Positions 58,041 through 64,000 of a stretch of DNA of 64,000 nt are shown piece by piece. The translations under genes were made by a program, and so were the position numbers. The number at the start of each line of letters is the position of its first letter. Positions within the stretch are counted from its first letter, which is position 1. The notes beneath the pieces are model-generated. The model did not search any database and was not told where the DNA came from. It was given only the letters and a program-made list of their open reading frames with translations. Origin of the DNA: Vulcanimicrobiota bacterium (GTDB lineage: Bacteria; Vulcanimicrobiota; Vulcanimicrobiia; Vulcanimicrobiales; Vulcanimicrobiaceae); assembly GCA_003243975.1 (NCBI GenBank), contig QHBJ01000018.1, positions 37,507 to 101,506 on the forward strand. The letters run 5' to 3'.

Positions 58041-59281
58041 AGGCCGAGCGGGTACGCTTCCTCACCGTGCAGTTCGAAGTCCAAACCGCGTTCTTGCGCC
58101 TCGCGCTGTACGGTCGTCGGCGTGACCACGTTGATCAGCCAAAGCATGCCGTAACTAAAAACGAAGGCCCACGCGCTCGCAGCAACGACCGCTACCAGTT
58201 GCTTCATAAAGAATGCGCCGCCGCCCAAAAGCAAGCCGTCCGCGCCGTTGGGATTCCACGCTTTGGATGCGAAAACGCCCAGCAGCACGATGCCCAAGAA
58301 TCCACCGACGCCGTGCACGCCCCACACGTCCAAGGCGTCGTCCCAGCCCAAGCGGTTCTTGAGCGCCACCGCATAGTAGCAGACCAGGCCGGCGAGAATC
58401 CCCAAAATCGCCGCGGTGCTCGGTGAAACGTATCCGGCCGCCGGAGTGATCGTTGCCAAGCCGGCCACCGCGCCGGTCAGCAGCCCGACGAACTTGGGCT
58501 GCCGTCCGTTCGCCCATTCGATGAACAGCCACGCAACGGCCGCGAATGACGCAGCGACGTCCGTATTCAAGAAAGCCGATGCGGTAACGGAATCGACGCG
58601 TAGCTCCGAGCCCGCGTTAAATCCATACCAGCCGAACCACAACAGCCCGGTTCCTAGTGCGATGAGGGGAACGTTGTGCGGCTTATTTTCAACGACGTAC
58701 CGGCGGCCTACATACATGACCGAAGCGAGTGCCGCGAATCCCGCGCTGGCGTGGACCACGATGCCACCGGCAAAATCGAGCACGCCCCACTTTGCAAAGG
58801 CGCCGTCAGGGCTCCAAATCAGGTGCACTAGCGGAAAGTAGACGAAGATCAACCATCCGGTCAAAAACAGGAAGTATGCCTTGAAGGTCACGCGATTGGC
58901 AAACGCGCCGGTAATGAGGGCAGGGGTGATAATGGCGAACATCATTTGATAGGCGATGTGCACCACCAGCGGAATGCCCGCGTCGTTTCCGGTGAACATC
59001 GTCTGCAACGTAACCCCGTGCAGAAATGCATAGGTGAGCGGATTGCCGATGATTCCGTGCCAGTCGGGTCCAAAACACAGCGAGTAGCCAAAGGCGAACC
59101 ACAGCACCGTCGTCCAACCCAGCGACATGAAGCTTTGAATCATGATCGTCAGCACGTTCTTGCGCCCGACGAGCCCGCCGTAGAAGAACGCCAGGCCCGG
59201 AGTCATCAGCATGACCAAACTGGCACAGATCAGCATGAATGCGGTATTGCCAATATTAAGCGGCATGTGTTGGTTCTCCAA
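58037..59281 (-). CDS. amt: ammonium transporter
   Basis: Amt/MEP signature (TPGLAFFYGGLVGRKNVL; paired His in TM helices); 414 aa. Confidence 0.9.
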   Translation of the reverse strand: MENQHMPLNIGNTAFMLICASLVMLMTPGLAFFYGGLVGRKNVLTIMIQSFMSLGWTTVLWFAFGYSLCFGPDWHGIIGNPLTYAFLHGVTLQTMFTGNDAGIPLVVHIAYQMMFAIITPALITGAFANRVTFKAYFLFLTGWLIFVYFPLVHLIWSPDGAFAKWGVLDFAGGIVVHASAGFAALASVMYVGRRYVVENKPHNVPLIALGTGLLWFGWYGFNAGSELRVDSVTASAFLNTDVAASFAAVAWLFIEWANGRQPKFVGLLTGAVAGLATITPAAGYVSPSTAAILGILAGLVCYYAVALKNRLGWDDALDVWGVHGVGGFLGIVLLGVFASKAWNPNGADGLLLGGGAFFMKQLVAVVAASAWAFVFSYGMLWLINVVTPTTVQREAQERGLDFELHGEEAYPLGL

Positions 59282-59334
59282 CGTCGCGAAGTGGGAAAGC
59301 CCTTAGGCAAGGCCTTGGAAGTTCCCGCATCGCA

Positions 59335-60507
59335 ATGCTATTATCGAACACGATGAACATTCTAGCCGGGCCGGCGGCGCTTACGCTTCTCGCAGCCCTC
59401 TGCTGCTGCCCACTCCACGCCGCAGCGCAGGCCGCGCCAACGCCTTCACCAAGCCCGCGTCCAACTGCGGCCCCAACCGTGACGTGGAGCGGCGTGCTCT
59501 CTACCTTTGGCGCGCAGACCACCGGCGTCAACGCAAGCGGTGCGCTCGATAGCCAAAGCGGAGCGGACAACGGCTCGCGCGTGGATTGGAGCAACATCTT
59601 GATTAGCGTGCAACGCACGGCCGGCACCTTTCGCTTCGGTGCAACGCTGGGCTCCTACGCCTTCCCGGTGGCCGGCCAAGCCATCAATCCGACGTTCCAA
59701 CGGAACGCAAATACCAGCCTCTATGGGTACGTTCCCTCCGCCTACGTACAGGTTGTACCAGACGAGCACTTCACGTTCTCCTTAGGAAGACTGCCGACGC
59801 TGTTGGGTCAAGAGAATGCATTTACGTTCCAAAACTACAACATTCAGCGCGGCTTGGCGTGGAATGCCGAACCGGTTGTAAGCCGGGGCGTCCGCGGTCA
59901 ATTTACCAACGGCAAGCTAAACGCTGCCCTGGAGTTCAATGACGGCTATTACTCCGGTAGCCACCGCGCGGTCGAAGGATCGCTGGCATGGAGTGCAACG
60001 CCGTCGTCTGCTCTTAGTTTTGCTTTCATCCTCCCCGATGCCGATACGCCGGCAAATCCCACTGCATTTATCGCCAACAAGAGCGAATATGACCTAATGT
60101 TTACCGGCCAGTACGGCAAGCTGAGTCTGACTCCATATCTGTTGTGGGTCCGCTCGCCAAAATCGGCTGCGGCCGCGTTCGTCAACGACGAAAGCGCCTT
60201 CTTTGCCAGCGCCCTTGCGGATTTTTCTTTTACCGATGCCTTCTCGATCGGCGCCCGGTTTGAGAGCGCACAAAATGGCAGCTCGCCGTTGGATTCCAGT
60301 TCGAATGCGGATTTCATTGGGTACGGGCCCGGCAGCAACGCCACGACCTACACCCTGACGCCTCAGTACAAAACCAAACACTTCTTTGCGCGAGCCGAGT
60401 GGTCGCGAGTGCAAGCAGATCACGTTACTCGCGGCTTCGGATTCGGTTCGCAAGGGACGGGGACGTCGCAAACTCGAGTGGCCGCCGAACTCGGCACGCA
60501 GTTCTAG
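59335..60507 (+). CDS. outer-membrane beta-barrel porin-like protein
   Basis: Signal peptide, Pro-rich linker, alternating amphipathic beta-strands and a C-terminal Phe (…AAELGTQF). Divergent from amt. Confidence 0.45.
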   Translation: MLLSNTMNILAGPAALTLLAALCCCPLHAAAQAAPTPSPSPRPTAAPTVTWSGVLSTFGAQTTGVNASGALDSQSGADNGSRVDWSNILISVQRTAGTFRFGATLGSYAFPVAGQAINPTFQRNANTSLYGYVPSAYVQVVPDEHFTFSLGRLPTLLGQENAFTFQNYNIQRGLAWNAEPVVSRGVRGQFTNGKLNAALEFNDGYYSGSHRAVEGSLAWSATPSSALSFAFILPDADTPANPTAFIANKSEYDLMFTGQYGKLSLTPYLLWVRSPKSAAAAFVNDESAFFASALADFSFTDAFSIGARFESAQNGSSPLDSSSNADFIGYGPGSNATTYTLTPQYKTKHFFARAEWSRVQADHVTRGFGFGSQGTGTSQTRVAAELGTQF

Positions 60508-61674
60508 GTGTCTACGGAAGCCGAAGCCGCCGAGCTGACCTTGCGCAATCTGCGCGTCGGATATGTTTTGCGCGTTACGGGCCTCACCATCTTGCTGGTC
60601 TTTGCGCTGGTCGAATTCTTGCGTTTTCTGGCGCACATTCGTACCGTTACCACCATCGTGCTGGCCGCCGTGCTCTTCGCGTACATTATTGCGCCGATGA
60701 TCCGCCGTCTGCGACAGCGCGTTCCCATGTGGGCCGCAATTCTGATCGTTTACGGTATGGTGGGTGCGATCATTGCCGTAGCATTGGGCATCGTTATTCC
60801 ACTTATCTCGGACAATCTGCGGCAGTTTATCCATGACGCGCCCGCGTTGCTTTCCGCCCTGCAGAACGCGCTAACCAATCCGCGCAATCCGCTTTTTGCC
60901 CATCTGCCCGGGCCTTTGAAGACCTACCTCGCCAAGATCCCGTCCGAACTTACCGGATACTTTAACAAACACGGATCGGACGTCGCTTCGAGCGCACTGA
61001 CGATCTTCGTCTCCACCGCTTCGATTCTAGCGCTATTCGTAATCGTTCCGGTGTGCGCGGCTTATCTGCTGATGGACTCCGAGCGTTTGCACGCGCTTAC
61101 GCTGGCGGCATTTCCGCGCAGCGTACGTCCCACGGTTGTCCGGCTGATGAACGCCTTTGACGACGTGCTCGGCGGTTTTATTCGCGGACAGTTGCTGGTC
61201 GCCGCGACGGTGGGCGTCTTGGTGAGCATTTTACTGCTGACCTTGCATGTCAAGTACGCGATCCTCATCGGAATCGTGGCAGGTGTCGTTGAGATCATGC
61301 CATACGTCGGCGCATTCGTTGGAGCGATTCCTGCAGTTATCATCGCCCTGCTGACCAATGGATGGCAGAACGCGCTCCTGGTTGTGCTCGGATTCGTCGT
61401 CATCAACCAGTTGGAAGGGCATATCATCTCTCCGTTGATCGTCGGAGAGAGTGTCGGCCTTACGCCGCTTTTCGTGTTGCTGGCGTTGTTGACGGGCGGC
61501 GAACTCTTGGGCCTGCCGGGCCTCCTGATTGCCGTGCCGGTGGCGGGCCTGATTCGCGCACTGCTCATCACGTTCGTTCCAATCGACCGCGAGGCGTTGC
61601 CGGCCGAGGCACCCGCGCGAAAGAAGCGCGTTCTAGCAGATCGCCTCAAGCGGAAACGGGCTGCAAAGACCTAA
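60508..61674 (+). CDS. AI-2E family transporter (PerM/YhhT-like, UPF0118)
   Basis: Eight TM helices and conserved C-terminal blocks (GQLLVAATVG..., ISPLIVGESVGLTPL, LIAVPVAGLIRALL). Confidence 0.8.
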   Translation: MSTEAEAAELTLRNLRVGYVLRVTGLTILLVFALVEFLRFLAHIRTVTTIVLAAVLFAYIIAPMIRRLRQRVPMWAAILIVYGMVGAIIAVALGIVIPLISDNLRQFIHDAPALLSALQNALTNPRNPLFAHLPGPLKTYLAKIPSELTGYFNKHGSDVASSALTIFVSTASILALFVIVPVCAAYLLMDSERLHALTLAAFPRSVRPTVVRLMNAFDDVLGGFIRGQLLVAATVGVLVSILLLTLHVKYAILIGIVAGVVEIMPYVGAFVGAIPAVIIALLTNGWQNALLVVLGFVVINQLEGHIISPLIVGESVGLTPLFVLLALLTGGELLGLPGLLIAVPVAGLIRALLITFVPIDREALPAEAPARKKRVLADRLKRKRAAKT

Positions 61675-61688
61675 GGAAAGATGTCTTG

Positions 61689-62021
61689 CTACTGGTGCCC
61701 CATCTTCCCATTGCGCGAGGTCAGCAGATAGATGCGATCCGCGTGCCGCATGCCAAAGAAATGTTGGTCGTAGTAAATTTTGACATACTGGCCGGCATGA
61801 ATCTTGGCCATCTGATACGTGGTCTTACCGTCCTCGGAGAAGACGTTCTTGAACTTTGGCAGTATCGCGAAGCCTAAGGTCTGCCCCGACTTGGGATTGT
61901 AAACCTTGATGTTGGTCGTGGAGACGTGCCGGGTGATGCCATAGAATTCGGCGGCTAATGCGGCTTGCACAGCGCTAAGCAGCAAAGCGGCAGAGATAAG
62001 AGCGCTAAAGAGTAGTTTCAT
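61689..62021 (-). CDS. small secreted hypothetical protein
   Basis: Signal peptide MKLLFSALISAALLLSAVQAALA. Strong RBS AAGGAGG upstream of the ATG. Confidence 0.45.
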   Translation of the reverse strand: MKLLFSALISAALLLSAVQAALAAEFYGITRHVSTTNIKVYNPKSGQTLGFAILPKFKNVFSEDGKTTYQMAKIHAGQYVKIYYDQHFFGMRHADRIYLLTSRNGKMGHQ

Positions 62022-62214
62022 GACTACCTCCTTTTTTTAGACGGAATTTGAGGTTCGATTCTGCAGAGATCTTGCGAATCCATTGCAAGTTGCTTTTCCT
62101 AAGCGCGGGTCAAGTTCGTTGCCCGAAAGATTTCATCGCCCTGTACGGCTTAGTCGCGAGCTCGAGGCAGCATGCCTGCGACGATTAGCTTAAGCATTCG
62201 GCGCGTCTCCCGCA

Positions 62215-62973
62215 ATGACACCCGGCGCCATCGAAGACAATCCAGAGATCGCGCCAAGTCCCATGGTTTCGACGGTCGTGCTCGGCACCACGATCATCGC
62301 GCCTTTCTCCTTGAGCCCCTCTAGAGCATATTCATCGCGCGCAGGTGCAGAGCAATGGGGTTGCCTTGATACGCTTTGGCAGCTTCGACAAATCCGCCGG
62401 CGATCTGCCGCTCGGCATCGCCGAGGATGACGCGCGCTTGGCTCTCCCGCTCCGCTTGCGCTTGTCGGGACATTGCGTCCTGCAACGCGTCGGGAATCTT
62501 GATATCAAGAATCTCAACGGAGTTGACCGTCACCCCCCACGGCGTGGTACGAGCATCGATTGTCTTTCTGCAGATACTCGTCCACCATCTGGCGGTCCGA
62601 AAGGAGATCGCCTAAGGTCGTGGTGCCGATAATATCGCGCAGCGCAGTTTCCGCAGCCCATTGGATGGCAACTTGATAAGAGGCCACCTCAAGCGCGGCT
62701 TTCTTCGCATCCCAGACGACCCAGAATAGCACGGCATCGACGGCAACCGGGACGGTTAGCCATCTGTAGCCCAAGTAGTACGAGGATGACCGCAACGATT
62801 ACCGATGCCGGATATACAATCACCCTACCCGACGCGATGGCGATTCCGAACCCGAGAGCCAAGACGAGCAGCATCAGCGTCAGGGCGATTGGATTCGTAC
62901 GCATTCGTGGGGATGACCGCCCGCCTGCTGTTGACCGGGTTTGCAGAGATGAAGGTGGGAACGAGATTGGCAT
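62215..62973 (-). pseudogene. SPFH/band-7 (stomatin/HflC-like) gene remnant with multiple frameshifts and an internal deletion
   Basis: N-terminal TM helix (MRTNPIALTLMLLVLALGFGIAIASG), an SPFH core (LTVPVAVDAVLFWVVWDAKKA...LRDIIGTTTLGDLLSDRQ) and a C-terminal coiled region (ALQDAMSRQAQAERESQARVI...ALHLRAMNML | EGLKEKGAMIVVPSTTVETMGLG) lie in four different frames. The conserved EYER..FRLGR segment is missing. Confidence 0.55.
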
Positions 62974-62981
62974 GTGTTCTC

Positions 62982-63368
62982 CTAACGTTCGTTTTTTATT
63001 GCGTGGGAAAGGGCATCGACCAGTTCGACGCCAGAGAATCCGAGGGAACGGGCTTCTCCGATAGCTCTGCGCGCTATGTCGCGCAAACGTGCGACCTGGA
63101 GCTCGGCATCGGGACGCTCTTCCTGGCCGGCCACGAACGAACCGCGCCCGCGAGCAGTCTGAACGATTCCGGCGCGCTCCAGGTCGATATACGCGCGGTT
63201 TACGGTGTTTGGATTAATCCGCAAGTGCACGGCGATCTGACGAACGGTCGGCAACTGCTCGCCCTCCTTGAGCTTTCCGGAGGCCAAGGCACGCAGTATT
63301 TGCTCGCGGATCTGCGCGTACACCGGCATCGCACTCTGGGGGTCGAGATAGAAGTTCTGGGCGGTCAC
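62982..63368 (-). CDS. GntR family transcriptional regulator (short, YhcF-like)
   Basis: N-terminal winged HTH (MPVYAQIREQILRALASGKLKEGEQLPTVRQIAVHLRINPNTVNRAYIDLERAGIV). GTG start. Confidence 0.8.
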   Translation of the reverse strand: MTAQNFYLDPQSAMPVYAQIREQILRALASGKLKEGEQLPTVRQIAVHLRINPNTVNRAYIDLERAGIVQTARGRGSFVAGQEERPDAELQVARLRDIARRAIGEARSLGFSGVELVDALSHAIKNER

Positions 63369-63369
63369 C

Positions 63370-63400
63370 TTGTCCTATCTTGTCCTAGCTAATTAGGACA
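63370..63400. promoter_or_regulatory. candidate GntR operator: direct repeat TTGTCCTA x2 plus inverted repeat TGTCCTA-N6-TAGGACA
   Basis: Lies immediately upstream of the GntR GTG start, in the divergent region shared with the zinc-ribbon gene. Confidence 0.4.
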
Positions 63401-63568
63401 GCCCCTTTATACCGCTTAGATCCCCCTCGTGTCAACCCATCGAGGAAGTGCCGCGCGGACGAGCAATGCAACCTTTCCCCCTCGAAGGGCGTTTACCATA
63501 AGTTAGCAGATTTCGAAATACCGCACGGTTCACGTTCCACGTACTAGCGAGTCGGACTATTGCACAAC

Positions 63569-63597
63569 TTACACCCATAGAAAGACTCGTTTACTAT
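63569..63597 (+). promoter_or_regulatory. sigma-70-like promoter (TTACAC-17-TACTAT) abutting the ATG: probable leaderless transcript
   Basis: The -10-like TACTAT ends 1 nt before the ATG of the zinc-ribbon gene. No Shine-Dalgarno sequence is possible. Confidence 0.3.
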
Positions 63598-63598
63598 T

Positions 63599-63898
63599 AT
63601 GTATCAAGATGAATCGCTGAAATGTATCGATTGCGGACAACAGTTCGCCTTTACCAGCGGCGAACAAGAATTCTTCGCAGCCAAGGGTTTTACCAATAAA
63701 CCCAGCCGTTGCACTGACTGCCGCGGAGCGCGCAAAGCATCTCGTGGCGAGGGCGGCGGCCGTTCTGGCGGCGCCCGTCGGGAAATGTTCAAAGCTACTT
63801 GCAGCCGCTGCGGCGGCGTCGCCGAAGTTCCGTTTGAGCCGCGAGGCGACAAACCGGTCTACTGCCGCGACTGCTTCACACCGGCAGCCCGCTACTAA
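63599..63898 (+). CDS. zinc-ribbon domain protein (two CxxC...CxxC modules; zf-trcl-like)
   Basis: LKCIDCGQQFAFTSGEQEFFAAKGFTNKPSRCTDCR and a second module CSRCGG...YCRDCF. Confidence 0.6.
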   Translation: MYQDESLKCIDCGQQFAFTSGEQEFFAAKGFTNKPSRCTDCRGARKASRGEGGGRSGGARREMFKATCSRCGGVAEVPFEPRGDKPVYCRDCFTPAARY

Positions 63899-63910
63899 AT
63901 AGCGCTGACG

Positions 63911-63952
63911 AAATAAAAAAAGGCGCCGGGGAAACCCGGCGCCTTTTTTTAT
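63911..63952. terminator. rho-independent terminator (bidirectional architecture)
   Basis: A-tract, then a GGCGCCGGG-GAAA-CCCGGCGCC hairpin (9-bp GC stem, GNRA loop), then T8; 13 nt after the stop codon. Confidence 0.85.
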
Positions 63953-64000
63953 TCAAGCATGATAGCGAATGCGGGCATGATGTGACCCCCTCGGGAGCTG

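Noticed and set aside
62045-62065. GGTTCGATTC motif resembling a tRNA T-loop
   Set aside because: No acceptor, D or anticodon arms can be folded around it. The region is the RBS/leader (AAAAAAAGGAGG) of the small secreted protein gene on the minus strand.
1-64000. CRISPR arrays, rRNA/tRNA genes, transposases and integrases
   Set aside because: No spaced direct repeats, no rRNA-like conserved blocks, and no DDE/tyrosine-recombinase-like ORFs were seen in any frame. tRNA absence is by eye only and should be confirmed with tRNAscan.

Overview
This is a high-GC (about 62-65%) bacterial chromosomal segment with dense coding on both strands, frequent GTG/TTG starts and several 4-nt start/stop overlaps (ATGA) that indicate operons. 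The combination of a CarboxypepD_reg/TonB-plug receptor, BNR/sortilin-like proteins, a secreted FecR protein and a caa3 oxidase suggests a soil lineage (Acidobacteria-like or another MAG phylum), but this cannot be verified here. I found no rRNA, tRNA, CRISPR array or obvious mobile element.

Gene content, 5' to 3':
- 23-4926: MBL hydrolase, MDR oxidoreductase, a truncated TonB-dependent receptor, BolA, monothiol glutaredoxin Grx4 and an EVE domain protein.
- 4923-7115: polyphosphate kinase 1.
- 7074-10124: a four-gene Opu-type osmoprotectant ABC transporter.
- 10616-13725: S9 peptidase and an orphan EgtD-like histidine N-methyltransferase.
- 13800-18771: dienelactone hydrolase, lytic transglycosylase, a His-box fatty-acid-hydroxylase-like protein with an MGDG-synthase-like glycosyltransferase, ROK glucokinase and a YkgJ Cys-cluster protein.
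- 18806-27466: a 957-aa BNR-repeat protein, a secreted SOD-like protein with an AhpD-like protein, threonine/serine dehydratase, prfC (RF3) and a GH130 protein.
- 28888-38438: a respiratory block with heme A synthase (ctaA), heme O synthase (ctaB), an MFS transporter, an SCO1-like protein, and caa3-type cytochrome c oxidase subunits II, I, III and IV.
- 38520-48253: a long minus-strand amino-sugar-type operon (nanE, BadF-type sugar kinase, HExxH microprotein, FAD oxidoreductase, PLDc_N microprotein, hydantoinase/oxoprolinase-family protein, GntP permease fused to a soluble domain, GH20 hexosaminidase).
- 48242-55602: SSF symporter, secreted FecR, GH15, and an ECF sigma / anti-sigma / GNAT operon.
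- 55864-63898: PhyH dioxygenase, a frameshifted APH-family kinase, FMN reductase, amt, a beta-barrel porin-like protein, AI-2E transporter, a decayed SPFH/stomatin pseudogene, GntR, and a zinc-ribbon protein with an apparent leaderless promoter and a clean intrinsic terminator.

The most unusual elements are the unconventional membership of the amino-sugar operon, a cluster of frameshifted signal-peptide genes (one with 11-residue repeats) upstream of the cox operon, and four or more independent frameshift or truncation events in the window. These may be genuine pseudogenes or assembly errors; this cannot be decided from the sequence alone.
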